In this document: one piece after another, positions 7,472 to 16,964 of the stretch
Layout: each line of letters begins with the position of its first letter
Position numbering within the stretch: position 1 is the stretch's first letter
Virus record (IMG/VR): IMGVR_UViG_3300045988_173170
Location: 1-33,227 of that record
Source of the DNA: a virus
Length of the DNA: 33,227 nt
Strand: one strand, 5' to 3'
Program-made: the position numbers and the translations under genes
Notes under the pieces: model-generated
Databases searched by the model: none
The model's input: the letters and a program-made list of their open reading frames with translations, nothing else
What the model was told of the DNA's origin: nothing

Positions 7472-9109
7472 ATGTTAAAAGTTTTAATGTTGCGTAAAAA
7501 ATTAGATACGCAGAAAAAGAATCTTGAGAAATTAAGAAAAAAAGAATCTGATTTTGAAAAACGTACAAAAGAATTAGAAGTTGCAATTTCTGAATTGCGT
7601 GATGATTCAACAGAAGAAGAACAACGAGCCGTTGAAGAAGAAGTAGCAAAATTAGAAGAAGAAAAACAAGAGTACGAAGATGAAAAGAAAGAGTTGGAAG
7701 AGACAATCGCTGATATCGAAAAAGAAATTGAAGAAGCAGAGTCTCAACAACCAACAGATGAACCTAAACAAGAAGAAAATAGAGGAGGACAACAGAAAAT
7801 GACTGTAAGAAAAAAATTCTTCAATATGCCAATGGAAGAACGTGATCGTTTCTTTAAAGATGAGAACGTAGAAAAATTCTTATCAAACGTAAGAACATGT
7901 ATTAAAGAGCATCGTGCAATTGAAAATGTTGGATTAACAATTCCACAAGTTATGTTGCCATTGATTCGTCAAACAGTAGAAGAAAATTCTAAATTGATTT
8001 CAAAAGTTAATTTGCAAAGTGTAAGTGGAACTTCTCGTCAAAATATCATGGGAGACATTCCTGAAGGTATTTGGACTGAAATGTGTGGATCATTGAATGA
8101 AATGGATTTGAAGTTCAATAACATTGAGATGGATGGATACACAGTAGCTGGATTCTTCGCGGTATGCAATGCAGTCTTGGAAGACAGTGACGAAGACTTG
8201 GCTACAGAAATCATTAATGCGATCGGTAAAGCAATTGGTAAAGCATTGGATAAAGCAATTGTCTTTGGCCACGGAGTTAAAATGCCACTTGGTATCGTTA
8301 CTCGATTAGCACAGGAAGAACGTCCAAACGATTATCCTACAACAGCTAGAGCATGGAAAGATTTGCATACTACAAATATTTTAAAAGGAAGCGCTAATCT
8401 TACTGGAAAAGAATTGTTTAAAGATATTATCAAAAAATCAACATGTGTAATCAATGATTACTCTTCTGCAGGATTGACATGGGTAATGAATGAAAAGACT
8501 CATAAATTGTTGATGGCAGAATCATTGGATGCAGATATGAATGGTGCAATTGTTGCCGGAATGCAGAATACAATGCCTATTGTTGGTGGTGAAATTGTTG
8601 AGCTTAACTTTATTGCAGATAACAATATTATCTTCGGACATTTTGATTTATACACATTAGGTGAACGTGCCGGAGCTAAGATTGATCAGTCAGAACACGT
8701 TAAGTTCTTAGACAATCAGACAGTATTCCGTGGTGTAGCTCGCTATGACGGAAAGCCTGCAATTGATGAAGGATTCGGTGTAATGACAATCGATGGTAAA
8801 TCACCAGTAACATCAGCAACATTCCGTGCAGATGATGCAAATGATGCAACATTAACATCATTGACTCTTGGTTCAGAAACATTAGCCTTTAATTCTAACA
8901 CTTACGAATATGAAGTAAGCGCGAATGCAGCAAATGCCGTTGTAAATGCAGTTCCTGCTCAAGAAGGAGCATCAGTGACTATTATGTATGGCGGAAAGAA
9001 ATACAATAATGGCCAGGAATTAACATTAGAAGGAACTAAGAATTTAGTTGTTACTGTTAAGAATGGTATGTCAAAGCTTGCATATACTGTAAAAGTCACA
9101 AAAGGGTAA
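7472..9109 (+). CDS. Major capsid protein (HK97 fold) with N-terminal coiled-coil scaffold/delta region and a C-terminal cadherin-like beta-sandwich domain
   Basis: 545 aa after the protease gene. E/K-rich N-terminal ~110 aa. The C-terminal ~90 aa (ATLTSLTLGSETL.FNSNTYEYEV...YTVKVTKG) matches the remembered pattern of the cadherin-like beta sandwich domain. Confidence 0.88.
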   Translation: MLKVLMLRKKLDTQKKNLEKLRKKESDFEKRTKELEVAISELRDDSTEEEQRAVEEEVAKLEEEKQEYEDEKKELEETIADIEKEIEEAESQQPTDEPKQEENRGGQQKMTVRKKFFNMPMEERDRFFKDENVEKFLSNVRTCIKEHRAIENVGLTIPQVMLPLIRQTVEENSKLISKVNLQSVSGTSRQNIMGDIPEGIWTEMCGSLNEMDLKFNNIEMDGYTVAGFFAVCNAVLEDSDEDLATEIINAIGKAIGKALDKAIVFGHGVKMPLGIVTRLAQEERPNDYPTTARAWKDLHTTNILKGSANLTGKELFKDIIKKSTCVINDYSSAGLTWVMNEKTHKLLMAESLDADMNGAIVAGMQNTMPIVGGEIVELNFIADNNIIFGHFDLYTLGERAGAKIDQSEHVKFLDNQTVFRGVARYDGKPAIDEGFGVMTIDGKSPVTSATFRADDANDATLTSLTLGSETLAFNSNTYEYEVSANAANAVVNAVPAQEGASVTIMYGGKKYNNGQELTLEGTKNLVVTVKNGMSKLAYTVKVTKG

Positions 9110-9115
9110 TAAATA

Positions 9116-9400
9116 ATGGATTTTGGAGAAGATACTGAACTAACTGTCCTGAAGCAGAATCTCCAAATGCCGCCAACAAATGCCAACGATGAATATTTAA
9201 AAGTGTTGTTGAAGCAAGCTGCTTCCCTTATGACAAGAGAAGGAATCGTCGACGATGATTCCTTTGATTATTATATGGCGAAGATTGACTACGCAGCATT
9301 CTTATTCAGAAAAAGAGCTAATAAAGATAGCCCACTAGCTATGCCTAGATCTCTTAGATATGAATTGAACAATATCCTGTGGTCACAAAAAGGAAGATAA
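9116..9400 (+). CDS. Head-tail connector (gp6-like)
   Basis: 94 aa directly after the capsid gene. DEYLKVLLKQAASLMTREG resembles gp6-like connector proteins. Confidence 0.6.
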   Translation: MDFGEDTELTVLKQNLQMPPTNANDEYLKVLLKQAASLMTREGIVDDDSFDYYMAKIDYAAFLFRKRANKDSPLAMPRSLRYELNNILWSQKGR

Positions 9401-9741
9401 TGACATTTGATGATGGAATTCTGAAGATTTATGAGCGTGTACCAGTGCAGGATAAAGGTTTTATGCCTGTATCTAAATTGCGCCTTAAATCTTCTTCTTA
9501 TTTTTCTTATGAAGTAATTGGTGTTACAAAGTTTTATGAAGCTAAAAAAGCACAGGATAGACTGGATGAATCTGTATCTATTTACAGAGACCGTTCAATT
9601 ACATATAACGATGTTGTTGTTTTGGAAGATGGTACACAGTATCAGATTTCACAGATTCAACATACATTTGATGATAATGGTATACAAATCACTAAGCTTA
9701 CATTGATGCATTTAAATGAAAAGTTTGAATTCGAAGCTTAA
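9400..9741 (+). CDS. Head-tail adaptor / head closure protein
   Basis: ATG at 9400 overlaps the upstream TAA (ATAATG). Size and position are typical. Confidence 0.55.
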   Translation: MTFDDGILKIYERVPVQDKGFMPVSKLRLKSSSYFSYEVIGVTKFYEAKKAQDRLDESVSIYRDRSITYNDVVVLEDGTQYQISQIQHTFDDNGIQITKLTLMHLNEKFEFEA

Positions 9742-10051
9742 AGAATTTGCAGAATTACTGCGGTATACAAGTACTAATGAAATTTACCATTATGATGCAA
9801 CAGGAGATAAAGGCGATAGATATATAGTTTGGCAAGAAGAAGGAGAATCTGATTCTTTATTTTTGGACAATCAACATGATGAAATCGTTATAAAAGGTTC
9901 GTTGGATATTTATACAAAGGTTGAGTTTGATGATTTAGTGGATGAAGTTATTGATTTGTTTCATAAAAATACAGTGTCATTTAATTTGATTAGTGTTGAT
10001 TACGAAACAAATTCGAGTTACATTCATTATTCATTCGATTGGGAGTATTGA
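9716..10051 (+). CDS. Neck / tail-completion protein (unassigned family)
   Basis: 111-aa ORF in the neck gene block. No motif recognised. Confidence 0.5.
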   Translation: MKSLNSKLKEFAELLRYTSTNEIYHYDATGDKGDRYIVWQEEGESDSLFLDNQHDEIVIKGSLDIYTKVEFDDLVDEVIDLFHKNTVSFNLISVDYETNSSYIHYSFDWEY

Positions 10052-10521
10052 TGGCGAAAATTGAATTTAATGATTTTGATGAATATCTTGATAAACTGCA
10101 GAAGCTTGAAAAAGATGATGTAGTTCCAATTATGAAAATGTCATTGTATGAAGGTGCTGGAGTGGTTGTAGACGGTATTCGTAGTGAAATACAATCGTTA
10201 CATACATCCAATCATGCAAGTCAAGGTCCTATGGACTACGAGAAAAAAGCTCTTGAGAAAGGTCTTGGAATATCAGACATGGAAAGCAAGGGCGATGATA
10301 TCAATGTCAAAGTTGGATTTGCCGGATATTCAAGTCATAAAACGAAAAAGTATTCAAGAGGTGTTCCAATACCATTGATTGCAAGATCAATCTTGAGAGG
10401 AACGTCTTTTCGTCCTAAAAATGATTTTGTAGGTCGTGCAGTTCGAAAATATAGAAAAAAGAGTATTGAAACAATGGACAGTAAAATGAATGAATTATTC
10501 AAAAAGGAGATGAACAAATAA
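10051..10521 (+). CDS. HK97 gp10-like tail component
   Basis: ATG at 10051 overlaps the upstream TGA. Size and position before the major tail protein fit. Confidence 0.55.
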   Translation: MAKIEFNDFDEYLDKLQKLEKDDVVPIMKMSLYEGAGVVVDGIRSEIQSLHTSNHASQGPMDYEKKALEKGLGISDMESKGDDINVKVGFAGYSSHKTKKYSRGVPIPLIARSILRGTSFRPKNDFVGRAVRKYRKKSIETMDSKMNELFKKEMNK

Positions 10522-11108
10522 TGGCAAAAAAAGGTTTATCAAAATTAATTATTGCGAAATATAGTCATTCAGATGGTACTACAACTTATTCAGAAGGAAC
10601 TATTCCAGAAAAGATGAGTGAGTACAGTCTTGATATTACGACTACAGACAATAATAATTTATATTTAGACAATGAAATTGCAGAATCGGAAGGTGGAGAG
10701 TTCAAAGAAGGAACTTTGACCATTACCACTGGCGAATTGATGCCTGCTACATCTAAACTTTTATTGAGTATTAAAGAAAATAAAATTACAGTTGGTGATG
10801 AATCCGTGACTGAATATGTATTTGATGATAATACGAAGTCAATTGAAGTTGGATGTGGGCTTATCGAACTTCATCAAAATAACGGCGAAGAATTCTATCG
10901 TGCGATTTGGTTTAACCGTGTTAAATTTAATATTCCAGGTGGTTCTGCGAAGACCAAAGAAGATACAGTCGATTGGCAGTTGCCTGAAATCACAGGATCC
11001 GTAATGCGTGATGCAGCAGGTGATCATGCATGGAAATGCTATGCAGATTTACCAGATGAAACAAAAGCGGTTGCGTACTTGAAGCAAAAGGCAAATATTG
11101 TTGCATAA
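10521..11108 (+). CDS. Major tail protein
   Basis: 195 aa, immediately upstream of the chaperone pair and the tape measure gene. Confidence 0.75.
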   Translation: MAKKGLSKLIIAKYSHSDGTTTYSEGTIPEKMSEYSLDITTTDNNNLYLDNEIAESEGGEFKEGTLTITTGELMPATSKLLLSIKENKITVGDESVTEYVFDDNTKSIEVGCGLIELHQNNGEEFYRAIWFNRVKFNIPGGSAKTKEDTVDWQLPEITGSVMRDAAGDHAWKCYADLPDETKAVAYLKQKANIVA

Positions 11109-11116
11109 GGTGACTT

Positions 11117-11548
11117 ATGGACATGAATATTCAATTTATAGACATTGGAGAATATAGATATCCAATGTCTTTTTCTTTAGCTTGTGTTTCACAAATGGGA
11201 AACTTTGCGCAAGCTGCTAAAAAGATTGAAGAAGGTCAAGACGTGGCCGAAGCTGCAAACATGATGATCAGCATGCTTTATCTAATGATTGATTCAGGAT
11301 GTGCATTTATGAATATCATGCGACAAAAGTATGACAGGGCGCCAATTGGCGAAGATGGATTATTGGAGCCAATTCCAAAAGATACAATTGGGTACTTGAT
11401 TCCTTCTGATCCAGAAGAATTGAAGGCAATTGTTACAAAAATCAAGAAATGTATTTCCAAATCAAAAGAAAGAAAAATCCAGGCTAAGCCTTTAAAATCT
11501 TCAAAAAAAAAGAAAAAAAGCTTCAAGGTGATTCAAGCAAATACTTAA
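11117..11548 (+). CDS. Tail assembly chaperone (gpG analogue)
   Basis: Position between the major tail protein and the tape measure. Ends in a lysine-rich run encoded by an A-rich slippery tract. Confidence 0.75.
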   Translation: MDMNIQFIDIGEYRYPMSFSLACVSQMGNFAQAAKKIEEGQDVAEAANMMISMLYLMIDSGCAFMNIMRQKYDRAPIGEDGLLEPIPKDTIGYLIPSDPEELKAIVTKIKKCISKSKERKIQAKPLKSSKKKKKSFKVIQANT

Positions 11549-11700
11549 TGGTAAAAGCCTATAAGATTGGTATCCCATCCAAAGAGTTTCTAGTGATGCC
11601 GTTAGGTTATTTAGCGGATCTAACGGATGCTTCGGTCATTCTAGATGGATATGCCGACGAACATATAGAGCCAGAATATATTAATGTAGATTTGAGGTGA
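11488..11700 (+). CDS. -1 frame extension of the tail chaperone (gpGT analogue)
   Basis: The -1 frame is open from 11488 to TGA at 11698-11700. It overlaps the chaperone 3' end and stops just before the tape measure start at 11705. Confidence 0.65.
   Translation, partial: AFKIFKKKEKKLQGDSSKYLMVKAYKIGIPSKEFLVMPLGYLADLTDASVILDGYADEHIEPEYINVDLR
11503..11509 (+). promoter_or_regulatory. Candidate -1 slippery heptamer A AAA AAA
   Basis: Zero-frame codons are TCA AAA AAA AAG AAA AAA AGC. The heptamer lies inside the window where both frames are open (11488-11546). Confidence 0.5.
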
Positions 11701-11704
11701 TGAT

Positions 11705-13873
11705 ATGGCTGGATATGATATTGGTCCAAAGATTTCAATTAAAGGTGAATCTGAATTTAATCAATCCATTTCTAAAATCAATCAGAATTTAAAAGAGTAT
11801 GGGTCTGAATTAAAAGCTGTATCAAGTGAATTCGATGCCCAAGCTGACAGCATGGAGTCGTTGACTGCAAAGAATAAAGTGTTGAAGAAACAATATGATG
11901 AGCAGTCAGATAAAATGAAGCTTTTATCGGATCAGATAAAAAAACAAACGGATTATCTTGAGGCACAGGCCAAAGAAATCCAACAATTGACGAATGAATA
12001 TGGTGAGAATTCAAGCCAGGTTCAGAAAGCGGAAAAGGCTTATGCGAATACAGAATCGACTATTTCTAAATTAAAAACTGCATTTAATGAAACAACTGCT
12101 TATGCCAATAAATTATCGTCTGAAATATCAGATAATGATGCTAAATTGGACGAGTTATCAAAGAATGCAGGTGAAGCATCCACTCAAATTGAAAAAATCG
12201 GAGACAGCTCGCAGAAAACTGGAGAAAAACTGAATAAGACCAAGACAGAAATAGAAGATTTTAAAGAAAGTTTTAGTTTGCATGAGGCTGCTGAGCATGT
12301 ATCTGAATTCGCATCTGGTATGGTCGAAAGTATTAAAGGTGCGGTCGAAGAATCAAAAGAATATTTAAAAATCATGGGTTCTTTAGAAGTTTCTTCTTCT
12401 AACTTAAATTACACTACGGACGAAACAAAACATACCTATAAGCAGCTTATTGGAGTGTTAGGGGATACGCAATCTGCAGCTACAACTACAGCTAACTTGC
12501 AGGCAATTGGTTTGGAGCAAAGTCAGTTAACGCAAATCACTAAGGGTGCAATTGGCGCCTGGGCACGGTATGGTGATTCGATTCCAATTGATGGTTTGGC
12601 TGAATCAATCAACGAGACAATCAAGACAGGTACAGTTACCGGTAATTTTGCGGATATGTTGAATTGGGCTGGCACATCTGAAGATGAATTCAATGAAAAA
12701 TTAGAACAATGTTCAGATAATTCAGAACGTGCACAGTTAGTGTTGGATGAAATGGCCAATCAAGGTTTAATGAAATCAGCAGATGCATGGAATGAGAACA
12801 ACAAGGCATTGGTTGAATCAAACAAGGCTCAAGATGATTACAATGAGGCTATGGCCGATTTTTCAAAGGCAGTAATGCCAGTGTTTACTGAATTTACAAA
12901 AGCATTGACTACAATTATTCAGATATTTAGTGAACTTCCTGAACCAGCTCAACAAATGATTGCAATCTTTATTGGGATTATTGCGGTTTTAACTACGATT
13001 GCTCCTTTGATACTTGCGGTTGGCACAGCATGTGGATGGTCAGCAGGTGGAGTTGCAGCTTTAATGACCGCCGCAGCTCCGGTGATTGCGATAATTGTTG
13101 CGATTATTGCAGCCATCATGGCAATTATATTAGTTATTCAAAACTGGGATGAGGTACTTAATTTCTTGACAGAAACATGGGAAGCCGTATGCAATAAGGT
13201 TTCTGAGTTATGGGAAGGCTTTAAAAAGTCATGGACGGATGGCTTCAATAATGTGAAACAGAAAATCGATGATTTCTTCCAAAATCTTGGAGAGAACTTT
13301 GCGAATGGTTTAAATAGATTCCAAAATTGGATTAGCAATATGTTGTCTGCGATTGTCAATTGGGCAAAAGATTTCGCTTCAAAAGGCAAGAATGCAGCGG
13401 TTAATTTGGTTAAAAATATTGCGAATGAAATAAAATCGTTACCTGGTCAATTTCTACAATGGGGAATGGATATGATGTCAAACTTTGCAAGTGGCATCTG
13501 GAAAGGATTCACTGGATGGGTCAAAGGAAAGATTAGTGGAGTCACAAACTTTATTAAGAAAAATCTGCATTTCTCTGTTCCAGATGAAGGACCGCTGTCC
13601 GATGCGGATGAGTGGATGCCTGATTTCATGGATTTATTAGCTACAGGAATTGACAGAAATAAGAGTCGAGTAGAAAGCCAAATCAAAGATTTACAGGATA
13701 TCATGGATATTGGAATGGATCCTTCGTTTACCGATAACACGAATTATCGGTATGATCCAACGTTTGTTGTATACAACACTACAACATTGGATGGTCGTAA
13801 TATCGCTTCATCTATGGAAAGAGTTATTGGATCTAGAAGCGTATCTAATGCTTATATGAGAGGTGAGGCATAG
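11705..13873 (+). CDS. Tape measure protein
   Basis: 722 aa, coiled-coil N-terminal half, central hydrophobic segment (IAIFIGIIAVLTTIAPLILAVG...). Canonical position. Confidence 0.9.
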   Translation: MAGYDIGPKISIKGESEFNQSISKINQNLKEYGSELKAVSSEFDAQADSMESLTAKNKVLKKQYDEQSDKMKLLSDQIKKQTDYLEAQAKEIQQLTNEYGENSSQVQKAEKAYANTESTISKLKTAFNETTAYANKLSSEISDNDAKLDELSKNAGEASTQIEKIGDSSQKTGEKLNKTKTEIEDFKESFSLHEAAEHVSEFASGMVESIKGAVEESKEYLKIMGSLEVSSSNLNYTTDETKHTYKQLIGVLGDTQSAATTTANLQAIGLEQSQLTQITKGAIGAWARYGDSIPIDGLAESINETIKTGTVTGNFADMLNWAGTSEDEFNEKLEQCSDNSERAQLVLDEMANQGLMKSADAWNENNKALVESNKAQDDYNEAMADFSKAVMPVFTEFTKALTTIIQIFSELPEPAQQMIAIFIGIIAVLTTIAPLILAVGTACGWSAGGVAALMTAAAPVIAIIVAIIAAIMAIILVIQNWDEVLNFLTETWEAVCNKVSELWEGFKKSWTDGFNNVKQKIDDFFQNLGENFANGLNRFQNWISNMLSAIVNWAKDFASKGKNAAVNLVKNIANEIKSLPGQFLQWGMDMMSNFASGIWKGFTGWVKGKISGVTNFIKKNLHFSVPDEGPLSDADEWMPDFMDLLATGIDRNKSRVESQIKDLQDIMDIGMDPSFTDNTNYRYDPTFVVYNTTTLDGRNIASSMERVIGSRSVSNAYMRGEA

Positions 13874-13874
13874 A

Positions 13875-14579
13875 ATGAGTTCATTTGATATTTATTTAGA
13901 TAATGTATCTTGCGTTCGGGAAAAGCTATATCCGGTCAGACGGCCTGATATAGTAACTCCTAAGCGCAACTACAAAGAATATGATATTCCTGGAAGAGAT
14001 GGTAAGTATTTCGAAGATTTAGGCACTTATGACGATATTACATTTAATATCAATTTTAATTTTAAAGAAAAAAGAGAATACTTGAATAAAACTTTTAGAG
14101 ATTATAAAAGAATGATTCGTAAATCTAAAACGCTTATGATGATGGATGATTCAGAAATTTTTTATAAAATCAAAAAAGTTGAATTTGGTGATATATCAAG
14201 AGAAAGCACAAAAGAAATTAATGCTTTTGTGGCCACGTTTACCTGTGATCCATACGGATATTTATTTATTGGCCAAGATAGATATAGTTGTGAAATGGTG
14301 CAGACAAATCCTTATGCACCATCTCATCCTACTTATATTATTAGTGGCGAAGGGCAATGCGTTCTTAACGTTAATGGAAATAAAATGACAGTTAATACAT
14401 CAGGAACAATTTATATTGATACCGATAGATGCGTAGCCTATCGAGAAAATGGCGATTTGCAGAATGTCCAGGTCAGTGGAGATTTTGAATCTTTATATTT
14501 AATGGAAGGTTCAAATTCAATTACAGTTAGTGGCAATTTTAAGTGTGAAGTGATTCCAAACTGGAGGTGTGAACTATGA
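13875..14579 (+). CDS. Distal tail protein (Dit-like)
   Basis: ATG at 13875 just after the tape measure stop. About 235 aa, typical of siphovirus Dit. Confidence 0.7.
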   Translation: MSSFDIYLDNVSCVREKLYPVRRPDIVTPKRNYKEYDIPGRDGKYFEDLGTYDDITFNINFNFKEKREYLNKTFRDYKRMIRKSKTLMMMDDSEIFYKIKKVEFGDISRESTKEINAFVATFTCDPYGYLFIGQDRYSCEMVQTNPYAPSHPTYIISGEGQCVLNVNGNKMTVNTSGTIYIDTDRCVAYRENGDLQNVQVSGDFESLYLMEGSNSITVSGNFKCEVIPNWRCEL

Positions 14580-16468
14580 TCCAATTGTATAAGCCTTTTA
14601 ATAAAAGCTATGAAAAGAATGGTGATTATGTTCTACATCCATCTAGTTGTGTTATGCATGTTGTTTTGAATGGGGAATGGTCTGTCAAGTTAGTTCATCC
14701 GATTGATGATATTTCAGAAAATATCATTGATGGTGCGGTCTTAAAAGTTCCAACATTATTTAATAAAGACCAATTGTTTATTATTCGTCATGTTGACAAA
14801 GCGGATTATGATGTTCAGGTAACAGCGTATCCGATTTTTTACATGGTCAAGACAACACCGCCTTTGTGGGATACTCGATGTGTGAATATGAATGGCCAGG
14901 ATGCGTTAAATACAATTTTAAGTGGAACTTCTTTTAAAGGAATTTCGGATATCACAGATATTTCTACGTGCTATTTCAATAAAATGAATCGTCTGCAGGC
15001 CATTAATGGGAATGCAGACAATACATTTATGAGTCGATGGGGCGGAGAAATCGTTTATGATGATTACACAATCAAGATCAACAAAAGAATTGGTTCAGAC
15101 AAAGGTGCCAAGTGTGAGTTCGGATACAATTTGAAAAGCGTTCAGGAAGTCGTAAACACAGAAAATTTAATCACTAGGATATATCCACAAGCCTACAATG
15201 GATACGTATTGCCAAATGAGGAGTGTATTGATTCTCCTTATGTCAACAATTATCCAGATGTATATTGGAGTTTCATCAAGTTTGATGACGTAAAGCTAAA
15301 AGAAGATGCACAGGAAGATGATGCATCGAATGGAATCACAGTCTGCGACACATTGGAAGATTTATATAAAGTGTTGAGAAAAAGAGCAGCCGATTATTAT
15401 AATGAGACCAATTGTGATGTTCCTAATATCACGTATAAAGTTGATATTGTAGATTTGGCAAGACTGGATGCTTACAAAGATATTAAGAACCTTGTTTCAA
15501 TTGGCTTTGGTGATACAGTCCATATTAAGCATAGAAAGTTGAATATCGAAACAAAGGCAAGATTAATCGAATGTGATTACGATTGCATCTTAAAAAAATA
15601 CGATAGTATGACTCTAGGTGATTATGAAACGAAGTACTTTGAAAATGCGGATAGTGTTATTCAGGCAGCACAAAAGGTAATCGACAAGAAAACATCGAGT
15701 TTGATTGCAGAAAAGATAAAAGGAATCATTGATGCAACTCAAGCCTCACTTTATGCTCAAAGAAATATTGCGAAGAAGATGGATTATAGAGCCATGAAGA
15801 TGGAAGATTTAGATCCAGATAGTCCAACGTATGGAGCAACATGCTATGGAACTAGCGGTTTGGAGTTCTCTGACACAAGAACCGAAGATGGAACGGATTG
15901 GAAGTGGGGCAATGCGTTTGGCCCAAAAGGGTTGATTGCGAATGCGATTATTACAGGCATTCTTTCAGATAAGAGTGGCAACTTCTACTTAAATATGGAT
16001 ACCGGTGAGTTAGTCATGAATGACGGAACTTTTAAAGGGGTCTTGAACACCATAAAGGATATTAATGTTGGAGCAGAAATCAATATGCAGCCACGTACTG
16101 ATGGGGTTGCGCAAGGATCTGTTTGGTCTGATATTAAGTGCATTGATTCAGATGGTACTCGATTGCCCGAAAGAATAGCATTTCGTTCTTTTAAACACGA
16201 TGGCGAGTATCTATCGCATAGTGTGGCACTGATCAGTGGCGACACCAGCGTTTCGGTTAGCAATGATGGCACAATTTTACTTTCAAACGGTGACAATAGG
16301 TTTTCTGTGACCAAAAATTATGTTAGTATGGATACCAAAAATTCTAGTATATCCATTTCAGAAAGCGCTAGTATCATAAATTTAAACGGAAAACACGGAC
16401 TTACCGGTACTTATACTGTAACGAAATCAATTACAGTTGAAGCCGGAATAGTAGTAGGGGTTGAGTAA
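14576..16468 (+). CDS. Tail-associated lysin / baseplate hub (Tal-like minor structural protein)
   Basis: 630 aa. ATGA overlap with Dit. Position and size fit. Confidence 0.7.
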   Translation: MIQLYKPFNKSYEKNGDYVLHPSSCVMHVVLNGEWSVKLVHPIDDISENIIDGAVLKVPTLFNKDQLFIIRHVDKADYDVQVTAYPIFYMVKTTPPLWDTRCVNMNGQDALNTILSGTSFKGISDITDISTCYFNKMNRLQAINGNADNTFMSRWGGEIVYDDYTIKINKRIGSDKGAKCEFGYNLKSVQEVVNTENLITRIYPQAYNGYVLPNEECIDSPYVNNYPDVYWSFIKFDDVKLKEDAQEDDASNGITVCDTLEDLYKVLRKRAADYYNETNCDVPNITYKVDIVDLARLDAYKDIKNLVSIGFGDTVHIKHRKLNIETKARLIECDYDCILKKYDSMTLGDYETKYFENADSVIQAAQKVIDKKTSSLIAEKIKGIIDATQASLYAQRNIAKKMDYRAMKMEDLDPDSPTYGATCYGTSGLEFSDTRTEDGTDWKWGNAFGPKGLIANAIITGILSDKSGNFYLNMDTGELVMNDGTFKGVLNTIKDINVGAEINMQPRTDGVAQGSVWSDIKCIDSDGTRLPERIAFRSFKHDGEYLSHSVALISGDTSVSVSNDGTILLSNGDNRFSVTKNYVSMDTKNSSISISESASIINLNGKHGLTGTYTVTKSITVEAGIVVGVE

Positions 16469-16469
16469 T

Positions 16470-16949
16470 ATGGCTCAACCTTTTTCTGTATTCGTTGATA
16501 CTTATAATGGCACAAGTCATGATATAGACGGTGCATATGGAGCACAATGTTGGGATGGATATGCATTCTACATGAAGTGGCTAGGCTACTCATATGCGAA
16601 TTGTACGGCCACAGGTGGTGCTCAAGATATTTGGACTCAGCGCACTTCTAACGGAATGTTGAATTCATGTAATGTTGTATCTACTCCACAGAACGGAGAT
16701 ATCGCAGTTTGGGGTTCCAATATGGGAGGTGGTAAAGGCCACGTAGCCATGTACTACAATGGTCAGTACTTCGGCCAAAACCAAGGTAGAAGTGGTGGTG
16801 CGAATGGCGGACCATTTAATTTATTAGCGATTGGAACTGTTCCATTAGGCTATTTTAGACCGAAGTGTTATGCAAATGGTTCAGATGGAGAAAAAAAGCT
16901 GCAGCTAACATTGATTAATGGAATTGTAATAGATGCAAAATATGTATAG
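16470..16949 (+). CDS. CHAP-domain peptidoglycan hydrolase (virion-associated)
   Basis: GAYGAQCWDGYAFYMKWLG...GDIAVWG...GHVAMY gives the Cys...His pattern of CHAP domains. Encoded inside the tail module. Confidence 0.8.
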   Translation: MAQPFSVFVDTYNGTSHDIDGAYGAQCWDGYAFYMKWLGYSYANCTATGGAQDIWTQRTSNGMLNSCNVVSTPQNGDIAVWGSNMGGGKGHVAMYYNGQYFGQNQGRSGGANGGPFNLLAIGTVPLGYFRPKCYANGSDGEKKLQLTLINGIVIDAKYV

Positions 16950-16964
16950 GAAGGAGTTGATTTG

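Noticed and set aside
7446-7754. 102-aa Leu-rich ORF on the - strand, and the GAA/AAG-rich repetitive DNA at about 7500-7760
   Set aside because: It is the mirror image of the E/K-rich coiled-coil scaffold region of the capsid gene. The low-complexity repeats are explained by coding, not by a tandem repeat, CRISPR-like element or antisense gene.
9518-9706. Nested alternative-frame ORFs inside structural and replication genes (for example 6564-6770, 9518-9706, 10184-10378, 10816-11004, 14146-14388, 29977-30165) and short antisense ORFs throughout
   Set aside because: They lie fully inside longer ORFs with clear phage functions, lack RBS motifs, and have composition typical of off-frame translation of AT-rich coding DNA.
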